Shown here: positions 24,307 through 36,849 of the stretch, one piece after another
How the letters are laid out: each line of letters opens with the position of its first letter
Numbering within the stretch: position 1 is the first letter of the stretch
Source of the DNA: Ranitomeya imitator
Taxonomy: Eukaryota
Assembly: GCF_032444005.1 (NCBI RefSeq)
Contig: NC_091284.1
Span: forward strand, 802,218,001 to 802,282,000
Direction: 5' to 3'
DNA length: 64,000 nucleotides
Made by a program: the position numbers and the translations under genes
Notes under the pieces: model-generated
Databases searched by the model: none
What the model was told of the DNA's origin: nothing
The model's input: only the letters and a program-made list of their open reading frames with translations

Positions 24307-24680
24307 GGATCACACAAGCGAGAAACTCAGACGAGTCTCGCATCTTAATACCCAGCACTGCCGCCGGCACTCGGGAGCGGAGCGTGCAGCTGCATGTATT
24401 TCTATGCAGCTGCACGCTCCGCTCCTGAGTGGTGGCGCCAGTATCGGGTATTGAGATGCGAGACTCGTCTGAGTTTCTCGCATGTGTGATCCCGGCCTTA
24501 AATTAAGACACAAAATCTGCATTAGGCCGGGGTCACAATCGCGAGAAACTCAAGTCCCTCGGTTCAATACTCGGCACTGCCACCAGCACTTGGGAGCGGA
24601 GCGTGCGGCTGCATGTATTTCTATGCAGCTGAATGCTCCAGTCCCGAGTGGCCGCGGCAGTGCTGGGTAATGACCACGGC
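24307..24680. mobile_element. Two adjacent related Harbinger-like MITEs (GGCCGGGATCACAC-type)
   Basis: Palindromic interiors; TTA after the first and on both sides of the second. Confidence 0.5.
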
Positions 24681-24929
24681 CTTAAACGCAATGTTTTTTT
24701 TTTTCAAATTTTTTTTTTTTAAATTAATGGCGTGGGCTCCCGCGCAATTTTCTGCACCAGAGAGGGAAAGCCAGCAACTGGGAAGGGGTTAATACCCATA
24801 CCCATTGAGCTTCCCAGGCTATAAATATCAGCCCACAGCTGTCTGCGTAGCCTTTACTGGCTATAAAAATAGTGGGGGAAAAAAAAATTAAAATGAAAAA
24901 AGGAGAAATGGAAAAAAAATGAATGAAGG

Positions 24930-25008
24930 TATATAGTGTAATCCGTAAACACTGGCCCATGCTGAAACGTTCATATCCTCACATTAAGGCATTCAACACC
25001 ACCACTTA
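24930..25008 (+). pseudogene. Penelope-like ORF piece (RT-endonuclease linker)
   Basis: KVYSVIRKHWPMLKRSYPHIKAFNTPPL joins MCKRRPNIRD at 27339 across the Tc1 TA site. Confidence 0.75.
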
Positions 25009-25219
25009 CAGTGGGGCAAAAAAGTATTTAGTCAGCAATAGTGCAAGTTCCACCACTTAAGATGAGAGGCGTCTGTAATTTACATCATAGGTAGACCTCA
25101 ACTATGGGAGACAAACTGAGAAAAAAAAAAATCCAGAAAATCACATTGTCTGTTTTTTTAACATTTTATTTGCTTATTATGGTGGAAAATAAGTATTTGG
25201 TCAGAAACAAAATTTCATC

Positions 25220-26242
25220 TCAATACTTTGTAATATATCCTTTGTTGGCAATGACAGAGGTCAAACGTTTTCTGTAAGTCTTCACAAGGTTGCCACACAC
25301 TGTTGTTGGTATGTTGGCCCATTCCTCCATGCAGATCTCCTCTAGAGCAGTGATGTTTTTGGCTTTTCGCTTGGCAACACGGACTTTCAACTCCCTCCAA
25401 AGGTTTTCTATAGGGTTGAGATCTGGAGACTGGCTAGGCCACTCCAGGACCTTGAAATGGTTCTTACGAAGCCACTCCTTCGTTGCCCTGGCGGTGTGCT
25501 TTGGATCATTGTCATGTTGAAAGACCCAGCCACATTTCATCTTCAATGCCCTTGCTGATGGAAGGAGGTTTGCACTCAAAATCTCACGATACATGGCCCC
25601 ATTCATTCTTTCATGTACCCGGATCAGTCGTCCTGGCCCCTTTGCAGAGAAACAGCCCCAAAGCATGATGTTTCCACCACCATGCTTTACAGTAGGTATG
25701 GTGTTTGATGGATGCAACTCAGTATTCTTTTTCCTCCAAACACGACAAGTTGTGTTTCTACCAAACAGTTCCAGTTTGGTTTCATCAGACCATAGGACAT
25801 TCTCCCAAAACTCCTCTGGATCATCCAAATGCTCTCTAGCAAACTTCAGACGGGCCCGGACATGTACTGGCTTAAGCAGTGGGACACGTCTGGCACTGCA
25901 GGATCTGAGTCCATGGTGGCGTAGTGTGTTACTTATGGTAGGCCTTGTTACATTGGTCCCAGCTCTCTGCAGTTCATTCACTAGGTCCCCCCGCGTGGTT
26001 CTGGGATTTTTGCTCACCGTTCTTGTGATCATTCTGACCCCACGGGGTGGGATTTTGCGTGGAGCCGCAGATCGAGGGAGATTATCAGTGGTCTTGTATG
26101 TCTTCCATTTTCTAATTATTGCTCCCACTGTTGATTTCTTCACTCCAAGCTGGTTGGCTTTTGCAGATTCAGTCTTCCCAGCCTGGTGCAGGCCTACAAT
26201 TTTGTTTCTGGTGTCCTTTGACAGCTCTTTGGTCTTCACCAT
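25220..26242 (-). CDS. Tc1 transposase, 340 aa, uninterrupted, DD34E
   Basis: Paired-like HTH N-terminus, [26 protein letters not shown]. Confidence 0.92.
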   Translation of the reverse strand: MVKTKELSKDTRNKIVGLHQAGKTESAKANQLGVKKSTVGAIIRKWKTYKTTDNLPRSAAPRKIPPRGVRMITRTVSKNPRTTRGDLVNELQRAGTNVTRPTISNTLRHHGLRSCSARRVPLLKPVHVRARLKFAREHLDDPEEFWENVLWSDETKLELFGRNTTCRVWRKKNTELHPSNTIPTVKHGGGNIMLWGCFSAKGPGRLIRVHERMNGAMYREILSANLLPSARALKMKCGWVFQHDNDPKHTARATKEWLRKNHFKVLEWPSQSPDLNPIENLWRELKVRVAKRKAKNITALEEICMEEWANIPTTVCGNLVKTYRKRLTSVIANKGYITKY

Positions 26243-26380
26243 AGTGGAGTTTGGAGTCAGACTGTTTGAGGGTGTGCACAGGTGTCTTTTTATACTGATA
26301 ACAAGTTTAAACAGGTGCCATTACTACAGGTAATGAGTGGAGGAAAGAGGAGACTCTTAAAGAAGAAGTTTAAAGAAGAA

Positions 26381-27089
26381 GATCCTAGTTAATGATAAAC
26401 TTACCTGGAGCAGCCAGTGCCAGGCAGCAGCTGCCAAGGCAAACAGGATCATGGGGTGCATTAAAAGAGGTCTGGATACACATGATGAGAGCATTATACT
26501 GCCTCTGTACAAATCCCTAGTTAGACCGCACATGGAGTACTGTGTCCAGTTTTGGGCACCGGTGCTCAGGAAGGATATAATGGAACTAGAGAGAGTACAA
26601 AGGAGGGCAACAAAATTAATAAAGGGGATGGGAGAACTACAATACCCAGATAGATTAGCGAAATTAGGATTATTTAGTCTAGAAAAAAGACGACTGAGGG
26701 GCGATCTAATAACCATGTATAAGTATATAAGGGGACAATACAAATATCTCGCTGAGGATCTGTTTATACCAAGGAAGGTGACGGGCACAAGGGGGCATTC
26801 TTTGCGTCTGGAGGAGAGAAGGTTTTTCCACCAACATAGAAGAGGATTCTTTACTGTTAGGGCAGTGAGAATCTGGAATTGCTTGCCTGAGGAGGTGGTG
26901 ATGGCGAACTCAGTCGAGGGGTTCAAGAGAGGCCTGGATGTCTTCCTGGAGCAGAACAATATTGTATCATACAATTAGGTTCTGTAGAAGGACGTAGATC
27001 TGGGGATTTATTATGATGGAATATAGGCTGAACTGGATGGACAAATGTCTTTTTTCGGCCTTACTAACTATGTTACTATGTTACTATGT
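26381..27089 (+). mobile_element. 5'-truncated CR1 (family 1) inserted in the Tc1 leader
   Basis: ORF2 C-terminus (RPHMEYCVQFW, LFSLEKRRLRGDLI), (GTTACTAT)n tail; near-identical to the 3' end of the CR1 at 42626-46860; AAGTT duplication. Confidence 0.92.
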
Positions 27090-27338
27090 AAGTTACAGGT
27101 CTGTGAGAGCCAGAAATCTTGATTGTTTGTTTCTGACCAAATACTTATTTTCCACCATAATATGCAAATAAAATGATAAAAAAAAAACAGACAATGTGAT
27201 TTTCTGGATTTTTTTTTCTCAGTTTGTCTCCCATAGTTGAGGTCTACCTATCATGTAAATTACAGACGCCTCTCATCTTTTTAAGTGGTGGAACTTGCAC
27301 TATTGCTGACTGACTAAATACTTTTTTGCCCCACTGTA

Positions 27339-27783
27339 TGTGCAAACGAAGACCTAATATTAGGGATAGAGTAGTCAAGGCTGATGTGGGCAGTTCTTCC
27401 AGATTACCAAGACAAACTTTCCTTAACACTGAAAGGTTTGGTACGTTCCCCTGCCTAGGTTGTGCATGCTGCTCAAATGTAATCAAATCCAGCTCAATCA
27501 CCCACCCTCACTCTGGTAAACAATATAGGATCAAGGGATTTTTTACGTGCGACTCCAATAACGTCGTGTATGATAAAATGCCCCTGCTTTACATTGGCGA
27601 GACGACATCACATCCGCGATAGGATTGCTTCTCACAAATTACCATACATTTTTTGTAAGAAAACGTGGCTTCCCCTTCCTCATCAATTTGCAGTTGCCAA
27701 TCATTCCGTCTCCCAAATACGTTTTCAGGTACTTCAGCAGGTTGACAGACCACGCAGGGGTGGTAATCACATTAAACCATTAA
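27339..27783 (+). pseudogene. Penelope-like GIY-YIG endonuclease (frameshifted)
   Basis: FPCLGCACC, FTCDSNNVVY, LLYIGETT, IRDRIASH, RFQVLQQV..RRGGNHIK. Confidence 0.88.
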
Positions 27784-28569
27784 CCTGCTGTTCTATTCAT
27801 TTCCACTTCACACTTGTACTGCTCCGGTCATTTTTGACCGGACCTATTAAAATGCTGTTTTAGCTACTTAAAATTTTTTTTTTTTGAATACCTGTTGCAT
27901 TATTATACTGTATGTGACCATCGCCCGACCGCCCCCCCCCCTACCTCTGTGTAGTGGTAAGTGCTAGCACCCTTTTTCCACCAGCATACTTAATGGCATT
28001 ACTATAGAATCCCACTGCTTTGGGGTGACCTTGGTTGGATAGTGTAGGTGCTTTTTCTTATGCATACCATTACAAGGGTATTTATATCTGGGGGAGTGGG
28101 GGGATGGGCGCTTTTCCAGCATTCCTGGGACATTCATCCTGTGCTCTAGTCATTAGATAATGTAATATTTTTATATATGTTTTTGTATTATTTATGGCAA
28201 TTCAAGTTTGTTTTATAAATCATTGCTCTGAATTGCTCTCCTTTTGGCATGTATGTGAGCATGGTTGGTCATTATAAAAAAAAAATACGTAAAAAAAAAA
28301 TCAAATTTATTTATTTTATGTTTATAAAGGTTACAAGGGCTTATTGAATTCTGCACAGAAATTAAAAATTTGAGCTTAGCCAACTAAAACAACTGCTACT
28401 ACCACTACTACTATAACAACTATAACTAACTATAACTAAAATTAACAGTAGTATAAAATTTAACTGCGAGCAAACATTTTGAAAAAAAATAGTAAAAAAT
28501 TTTTAAAAAAATCTTCACAATTCTATTGTTTACATTCAGGACAACAATAACACACATGTCTCTTGCACA

Positions 28570-28790
28570 AATATTTTAGGCTGGCAGCTGTGCTGGTGGA
28601 GGATATTGATTCAGTTGCATTGCTGGTGGAGACTGTGGTTTGAGCATGTTGCTGGATGCTTTGAACAATGGCAAGTGCTCTTTCACTTCTGGGATTCACA
28701 TGTCTCTCTTTAATAAAAGGCCTATTTAGCCATATGCTTTGGCAATGCTAATATGTACATAGTCCTGCCAACAAAGCTCATTTGAATTGA
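28570..28790 (+). mobile_element. 3' end of an unclassified LINE with a (TTGAA)n tail
   Basis: catatgctttggcaatgctaa...cctgccaacaaagctcatttgaattgaat; same family as 39195-39265. Confidence 0.55.
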
Positions 28791-29639
28791 ATGGATTGTC
28801 CTAATTCTTCCAGAAACAGTCTTCTTTTATGTAGATTCTCTTGATTAACAAAGAATCAATCAACTTGAACACGTGCCATGCAAGCTGCAAAAAGTGATTG
28901 CCATCATTGCACACAAGCAGGGAGTGACAATTATCTTACATCATGGCAGTAATCAAGCAATGCATAAGCAATATAAAAATAATTGTTGCTTTACAATAAG
29001 CAACAGAAATTAATAATTTGAGAAAAGCATCTACTATATAATTGTCTAAGGGTCACTTCCATCTGTCCTGTGTCTGTCACGGTTATTCATTCGCTGATTG
29101 GTCTCGCCAGCTGCCTGTCATGGCTGCCGTGACCAATCAGCGACGGGCACAGTCCGGAAGAAAATGGCCGCTCCTCACTCCCCGCAGTCAGTGCCTGTCG
29201 CCCGCATACTCCCTCCGGTCACCTCTAACACAGGGTTAATGCTGGCGGTAACGGACCACGTTATGCCGCGGGTAACGCAGTCCGTTACCGCCGCTATTAA
29301 CCCTGTGTGTCCCCAACTTTTTACTATTGATGCTGCCTATGCGGCGTCAATGGTAAAGAATGTAATGTTAAAAATAATTAAAAAAAAAAACCTGCTATAC
29401 TCACCCTCTGTAGTGCGCTGAGCCACTCGCGCCGGCCGCCATCTTCCGTTGCAGGTTCCGGTGGCAAAGATGGTATGGGAGAAGGACCTGCCATGACGTC
29501 ACGGTCATGTGACCGCGACGTCATCACAGGTCCTGCGCTCATACCAACCCTGGGACCGGAAGCTGCCGTGGACTACAACGGGCCCTCGGAAAGGTGAGTA
29601 TATGTTTATTTTTAATTTTTTTTAACCTTTGACAAACGT

Positions 29640-30210
29640 GGCTGGCCAATATACTACGTACCTGGGCAATATACTACGTGACTGGCCAATATACTACGTG
29701 GCTCTGTCCTGTATACTACTTCGCTGTGCAATATACTAAGTGGCTCTGTGCTGTATACTACGTCACTGGGCAATATACTACGTGGCTCTGTGCTGTATAC
29801 TACGTCACTGGGCAATATACTATGTAACTAGGCAATATACTACGTGGCTGGTTAATATGCTACGTCACTGAGCAATATACAATGTAACTAGGCAATATAC
29901 TACGTGGCTGTGCAATATGCTACGTCACTGAGCAATATACTATGTGGCTGCGCAATATACTACATGGCTGGGCAATATACTATGTAACTGGACAATATAC
30001 TACGTGGCTGTGCAATATATTATGTCACTGGGCAATATACTACGTCACTGGGAAATATACTACGTGGCTGGACAATATACTACGTGACTGGGCAATATAC
30101 TACGTGGCTGGGCAATATACTACGTGGCTGGGCAATATACTACGTGGCTGGGCAATATACTACGTGGCTGGGCAATATACTACGTGGGCTGTGCAATATA
30201 CTATGTGGAC
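29640..30210 (+). repeat. 20-bp minisatellite (GGCAATATACTACGTGGCTG), roughly 25-28 units, inside the Helitron derivative
   Basis: Exact 20-bp period visible at 30111-30180. Confidence 0.9.
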
Positions 30211-30239
30211 ATGCATATTCTAGAATACCCGATGTGTTA

Positions 30240-30965
30240 AGGTACCGTCACATTCTAGATTGCTGCAGCGTCACTGTGTGGTCGCTGGAGAGCTGTCACA
30301 CAGACAGCTCTCCAGCGACCAACAATTCCGAAGTCCCCGGGTAACCAGGGTAAACATCGGGTTACTAAGCGCAGGGCCGTGCTTAGTAACCCAATGCTTA
30401 CCCTGGTTACCAGTGTAAATGTAAAAAAAAGAAAAAACAACTACATACTTACATTCCTGTGTCTGTCACGTCCCCCGGCGTTCTGCTTCCCTGCACTGTA
30501 AGCGCCGGTCGTAAAGCAGAGCGGTGACGTCACCGCTGTGCTCTGCTTTACAGCCAGTCGGCGCTGACAGTGCAGGGAAGCAGAACGCCGGGGGACGCGA
30601 CAGACACCGGAATGTAAGTATGTAGTGTTTGTTTTTTTTTTACATTTACACAGGTAACCAGGGTAAATATCGGGTTACTAAGCGCAAGGATCGGGTTACT
30701 AAGCGCGGCCCTGCGCTTAGTAACCCGATGTTTACCCTGGTTACCAGTGAAGACATCGCTGAATCGGCGTCACACGCCGATTCAGCGATGTCTGCGGGAG
30801 ATCCAGCGACAAAATAAAGTTCTGGCCTTTCTGCTCCAACCAACAATGTCACAGCAGGATCCAGATCGCTGCTGCGTGTCAAACAACGATATCGCTATCC
30901 AGGACGCTGCAACGTCACGGATCGCTAGTGATATCGTTGTTAAGTTGTTCAGTGTGACGGTACCT
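30240..30965. mobile_element. AGGTACC-family MITE
   Basis: TSD TTA/TTA; sits inside the Helitron 3' hairpin. Confidence 0.9.
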
Positions 30966-31605
30966 TTAGAATCAGGCCACCATCTAGTAGTTTATAAGCC
31001 TCATGCCTGTACAGATTTGCATTCAAGGCTCAGATTTCTCCAGATATTCTCTCCAACAAAACTCAGGCTTTAGTGGCTAGCTGAACTGATTACTTACTGA
31101 TTACATAACAAAAGAGACACCAGAAACCACCCCCCCTGGAATAATGAGATAAGAGGGAAGAAAACAAAAAGCTTTTCAGGTTTGCTTTGAACAGTCAGAG
31201 AAACAGCACAAGGAAAAAAAACTGTTTTCTTTTACAATATCCAATCTTGAAAAAAATTGCACAGAACTGTACTGAAAGCCAATGTGTATGGTTTGTACTG
31301 AAAGCATGTGTAAATCTGCATCTAAAGCAACTGTTTACTTCATAAACAATAGTAGATGCAGTAAGTAGTCTCAAAAGAAATGACTCATTTGTCATTTGTT
31401 TTACTCAAAAAATGGCTGAAATTAGCATAAAATGCTATTCGGTCATTTTTGACCGGAAAAGTAAAAGTGTAAAAAAATAATGTGGCGCAAAAACTAAACA
31501 AACAAAAAAAAAAGGTACCCTTAGAAAGAACCCCTCTAATTCCCTCTTTGACCACTTACAATCTGGTTTCCGATCACACCATTCCACTGAAACTGCACTA
31601 AATAA

Positions 31606-32394
31606 AGGTACCGTTATACTAAATGATTTACCAACGATCACGACCAGCGATACGACCTGGCCGTGATCGTTGGTAAGTCGTTGTGTGGTCGCTGGGGAGC
31701 TGTCACACAGACAGCTCTCTCCAGTGACAAACGATCAGGGGAAAAACTTCAGCATCGTTGAAACTGTCTTCAACAATGCCGAAGTCCCCAGGTAACCAGG
31801 GTAAACATCGGGTTACTAAGTGCAGGACCGCGCTTAGTAACCCGATATTTACCCTGGTTACCATTGTAAAAGTAAAAAAAAAAACACATACTCACATTCC
31901 GATGTCTGTCACGTCCCCCATCAGCTTCCCTGCACTGTGTAACGCCGGCCGTAAAGCAGAGCGGTGACGTCACCGCTGTGCTCTGCTTTACGGCCGGCCG
32001 GCGCTGACACAGTCAGTGCGGGAAGCTGATGCCGGGGGACATGACAGAGAACAGAATGTGAGTATGTACTGTTTTCATTTTTTAACTTTTACAATGGTAA
32101 CCAGGGTAAATATCGGGTTACTAAGCGCGGCCCTGCGCTTAGTAACCCAATATTTACCCTGGTTACCAGTGAACACATCGCTGGATCGGCATCACACATG
32201 CCGATTCAGCAATGACAGCAGGTTATCAGCGACCAAGCAAAAAAGGTCCTGATCATTCCCCAGCGACCAACGATCTCCCAGCAGGGGCCTGATCGTTGGT
32301 CGCTGTCACGCATAACGATTTCGTTAACGATATCGTTGCTACGTCACAAAAAGCAACGATATCGTTAACGAAATCGTTATGTGTGAAGGTACCT
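31606..32394. mobile_element. AGGTACC-family MITE in L2
   Basis: TSD TAA/TAA. Confidence 0.9.
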
Positions 32395-32769
32395 TAAGGT
32401 CACCAATGACCTTTTAACTGCCAAGAGCAAGCGACACTACTGTCCCCCTCGACCTGTCGGCTGCCTTTGACACAGTGGACCATTCCCTATTACAGATCCT
32501 CTCATCCCTTGTCATCACAGACTTGGCCCTACCCTGGATCTCATCATACCTAACAGACCGAACATTCAGCGTCTCCCTCTCACACACCACCTCCTCACCT
32601 CGCCCCCCATCTGTCGGAGTCCCACAAGGTTCAGTCTTAGGGCCCCTGCTCTTGTCCATTTACACCTTTGGCCTGGGACAGCTCATAGAATCTCATGGCT
32701 TTGAGTGTCACCTCTATGCTGATGACACACAGATCTACATCTCTGGACCAGATATCACCTCCCTACTAA

Positions 32770-33107
32770 GGCTGGGATCACATTGCGTTTCGGGTGTCCG
32801 TTTAACGGACTACGTTACACCGCTGCATAACGCGGTGTAACGTAGTCAGTTAACGCCACCATTGCTAGTAATGGCAAACGCATCGCTAGCGCATGCCCAC
32901 ATTGGGCGTGCGCTAGCGATGTGCCGTCATTTGAGTGACAGACCCGAGACGCTGGCTGCAGTGTTTCCGGGTCCCCACTGCTAGCGCAGATGAAGCTAGC
33001 AGAAGCTCCACCTGCACTAGCGTGATGTAGCGCAGGCACTTGCACTAGCAGCAGCCCGTTAGCGGATGTGCTGAACGGGCTGCTGCTAACGCAATGTGAC
33101 CCTAGCC
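32770..33107. mobile_element. Harbinger-like MITE (GGCTAGGGTCACATTGC-type TIR) in L2
   Basis: TSD TAA/TAA; removal restores SLLTRIPQCL. Confidence 0.88.
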
Positions 33108-33474
33108 TAACCAGAATCCCTCAATGTCTGTCCACTATTTCATCCTTCTCTGCTAGATTTCTGTAACTTAACATGGACAAAACAGAATTCATCATCTTTC
33201 CCCCATCTCACGCGACCCCCCCAACGAACCGATCCGTTACAGTAAATGGCTGCCCACTCTACCAGTCTCACAAGCTCGCTGTCTCGGGGTAATCCGTGAC
33301 GCTGATCTCTCCTTCAAACCACATATCCAAGCCATTTCCACTTCCTGCCGACCAACTCAAAAATATTTCACAAATCCGTTCATTCCTCAAACAAGAATCT
33401 GCAAAAACCCTAGTCCATGCCCTTATCTCACGCCTTGACTACTGCAACCTCCTGCTCTGTGGCCTCCCCTCTAA

Positions 33475-33883
33475 AGGTACCTTCACACTGAACGATATAG
33501 CTAGCGATCCGTGACGTTGCAGCGTCCTGGCTAGCGATATCGTTCAGTTAGACACGCAGCAGCGATCAGGATCCTGCTGTGATGTCGTTGGTCGCTGCAG
33601 AAAGTCCAGAACTTTATTTTGTCGCTGAACTTCCTGCAGACAGACATCGCTGAATCGGCGTGTGTGACGCCGATTCAGCGATGTCTTCGCTGATAACCAG
33701 GGTAAACATTGGGTTACTAAGCGCAGGGCCGCGCTTAGTAACCCGATGTTTACCCTGGTTACCGGCATCGTTGGTCGCTGGAGAGTTGTCTGTGTGACAG
33801 CTCTCCAGCGACCAAACAGCGACGCTGCAGCGATCGACATCGTTGTCGGTATCGCTGCAGCATCGCTGAGTGTCAAGGTACCT
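33475..33883. mobile_element. AGGTACC-family MITE (short deletion form) in L2
   Basis: TSD TAA/TAA. Confidence 0.9.
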
Positions 33884-34636
33884 TAACACTCTCGCACCCC
33901 TCCAATCTATTCTAAACTCTGCTGCCCGACTAATCCACCTGTCCCCCCCGCTATTCCCTGGCCTCTCCCCTCTGTCAATCCCTTCACTGGCTCCCCATTG
34001 CCCAGAGACTCCAGTACAAAACCCTAACCATGACGTACAAAGCCATCCACAACCTGTCTCCTCCATACATGTGACCTCGTCTCCCGGTACTTACCTACAC
34101 GCAACCTCCGATCCTCACAAGATCTCCTTCTCTACTCCCCTCTTATCGCCTATTCCCACAATCGTATACAAAGATTTCTCTCGCGTATCACCCCTACTCT
34201 GGAACCCTCTACAACAACACATCAGACTCTCGCCTACCATCGAAACCTTCAAAAAGAGCCTGAAGACCTACCTCTTCCGACAAGCCTACAACCTGCAGTA
34301 ACCACCGATCGACCAAACCGCTGCATGACCAGCTCTATCCTCGCCTACTATATTCTCACCCATCCCTTGTAGATTGTGAGCCTTCGCAGGCAGGGTCCTC
34401 TCCTCCTGTACCAGTTATGACTTTTAAACAATACAAGTATTGTACTTGTTTTTATTATGTATACCCCTCCTCACATGTAAAGCGCCATGGAATAAATGGC
34501 GCTATAACAATAAATAATAATAATAATTAGGAAAATGGAAGTAACCACAAGTTTCAGAACCGCATAATTAATTTTTTAAAAAATATCAAAGTTCGAAAAC
34601 GGTCATTTTTGACCTAACAGAACAGCACGGTTTTAA

Positions 34637-35800
34637 GGGAACGTGAATCTCACTGGATATACACTTCGCAAACTCTTACACCAAAAGGCCTAAAATCGGA
34701 AACTTGACCTAGTTTTCTGAAAGTGTACCTTAGCCACCGGGTCTCCTGCTGTATTCGAACTACATATTCTATAGTTTGTTTGAATGCATATTTCTATGAT
34801 TATGCTATATATTTTTTCAATATACTGTTGTTGGCGGTTTAGTGTTTAACAGACTGACCTGTTGGTTTCTTGTGCACTAACTTTTTTCACTGCTTTCAGG
34901 CTGTTACACCCGACTGGGGTAAGTACCCAGAACACAAAAAATACATTTTCCCTATTTTTTTCATTTTATTTATATTTTCTTCATTAATTAATTTTTTTCA
35001 TTTTTTCTATTTTATTTTTTTTACACTTTTCAATTTTTTCACTTGTTCTCTTTTTTCAATTTATTTTTATCTTCATTTTTTCCATTTCTCCTTTTTTCAT
35101 TTTAGTTTTATTTGTATTCTTATTTTTGACTCCCACTTTTCATCTTATTTTTATTTAGTACTTATTTTCTTATCATTGTTTTTCATTGTTACTTCTATTT
35201 TTCACTTTTCCATTTTTCATTTTACATTCCCTTTTAATTTTTCTAGGTTTTTTCTATGTTCACTTTTCATTTAATTTATTTTATTTTTATTTTTTTATCC
35301 CATTCGCCATCCGATTTATTATTACCTTTCATCACATGTTCATCATTCATTAATCTATTAGTCCCCTTCCCCCTTCTTTTTCAATCATTTTTTTTTCACA
35401 ATTTTTTTTATTTCCTTTTCCCTTCTTTCAATCTTTATTGTTCATATCACCTTTTCACCTTATTTCTTGCGTTCATCTGGCTCCTATCCTTTCTTTCATC
35501 TACCATCATACTTCACTCTCATCTCCCCCTCTATTTTGCAAGTTACACTCCCAGCGCTTCTCTTCAGAGTGCTTTGCGCACGCATACACAGTTCCTCCTG
35601 TGGATGCCCGCCTCTCCCAGCGCCTCTTCGCCTTTGACTTACTCTGCACACTCCAGCCATTCTCCTTGCAATCGCGCAGGCGCCCACCTGGTTGAGCGTT
35701 CCAAACCTCTCCCTCAAGCTATCCACTGTGCATGCACCATCTCCACGCGATTTCTCTGCTTTTCCTGCCCGGGCACTAGAACTTCCCACTGACCACCAAT
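34637..35800 (+). mobile_element. Penelope-like ORF end and T-rich 3' region
   Basis: RERESHWIYTSQTLTPKGL followed by a long T-rich low-complexity tract (34940-35520). The right boundary is uncertain. Confidence 0.65.
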
Positions 35801-36849
35801 GCCAGCGCCCATCACCACAGGGATCTTATCGCCCGGACCCGCAGGTAGAGCGCTTGCCCTCCACTTGGATTCTTATTACTACACTTCTGGGCCATATTTC
35901 TCATTACTGGAAACGAAACCTCCGCTCGTGACCTGTCACATGGCGCTATCATGTGACCGCGACGTCATGAAGGTCCTTCTGAGGAAAGGTCCTGAATTAG
36001 TGATGGGCAGTCCGGCTCTTTTTTGGTGATCCGGCTTATTCGGCTCTGCTCACCATAAAGAGCCGTCTTTCGGCTCGCGAACTGGCTCTTATTCAAAATA
36101 AAAATCCGTTTTCCACAGTCCTCGCTCCAGGTCTTTGCCTGTAGAGTGACAGCCTCATTATACCCCTGTATATGGATCTAGTGAAGCAGCACAGACTGGT
36201 TTCAGCATTGCTATTTCCTCAGATTGTCAGCTCTTGTGAACAGGGCCCTGCTACTCAGTTGTAGTCTTATGTATTACTTTCTAATATGGGGCATTTTTTT
36301 GTACACGTCCTTTCTGAATTAGTAAGTGCTGTGATGTACTGGCGCTGTAAGATTATAATTCATAAAAATAAAGGCATGTAACACGCACTGGTGAAAGTGA
36401 AAGAAAATAAAAATTAGGCTCCGAGCCTGCGCAGCATGAAATTCGCATGCAGATTGGATACAGTCATCCAGATTCGGGTGCGTCTACATTGACAATCATA
36501 TGTTTTTTGGATGCGCTGCCACGTACCAGGATGTCTGCAGATTTTTTAACACCCAAAATTCACAACAAGCTGCGTTTTGGGAGCACATGACAAATCCTGA
36601 TGCATCCTGATCCTGATGCAAACGCAGGTCCATGCGTCCTTATGTTAAGTATAGAGATGCAATCTGGATCAGGATTGCTACACATCACAACGCACCGTAC
36701 CAAAGCGCTAGTGTGAAAGCAGAGCCACTCATGCAGACCCTAACCAGGTGCCCCCATGTTATATACAGGCCCCCAATCCATGTTATTACCATTAGCACAC
36801 TATAACATAGGGCACAAGCCGCTCACTGCACAGCATGCATAGTCTCCAT

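Larger units (their letters stand above)
25009..27336 (-). mobile_element. Tc1 DNA transposon with ~210-bp TIRs, carrying a CR1 insertion
   Basis: TIR CAGTGGGGCAAAAAAGTATTTAGTCAG at both ends, TA TSD (25007-25008, 27337-27338). Confidence 0.95.
29030..30987 (+). mobile_element. Non-autonomous Helitron-like element
   Basis: A|TCTACTATATAA start, CTAG|T end, subterminal hairpin CCCGAT..(MITE)..ATCAGG, no TSD. Confidence 0.8.
31520..34527 (+). mobile_element. 5'-truncated L2 LINE (RT to 3' tail) interrupted by three MITEs
   Basis: QSGFRSHHSTETALNK|[47 protein letters not shown]|NTLAPLQS; (AAT)n tail. Confidence 0.9.
27784..34632. mobile_element. TTAA-flanked non-autonomous DNA element (piggyBac-like) with nested insertions
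   Basis: TTAA|CCTGCTGTTCT ... AGAACAGCACGG(TT)|TTAA. Removal restores the PLE reading HIKPLRERESHWIY. Confidence 0.8.

Noticed and set aside
25593-26333. 246-aa ORF opposite the Tc1 transposase, and similar antisense ORFs over CR1 and Gypsy genes
   Set aside because: Shadow frames of genuine TE ORFs with no independent motifs.
29640-30210. Regular short repeats resembling a CRISPR array, and the repetitive ORF 29942-30223
   Set aside because: The units are contiguous with no unique spacers, there are no cas genes, and the context is eukaryotic. This is a minisatellite in a Helitron derivative.
34870-35792. Phe-rich membrane-protein-like ORFs
   Set aside because: They are translations of a T-rich low-complexity tract in the PLE 3' region.
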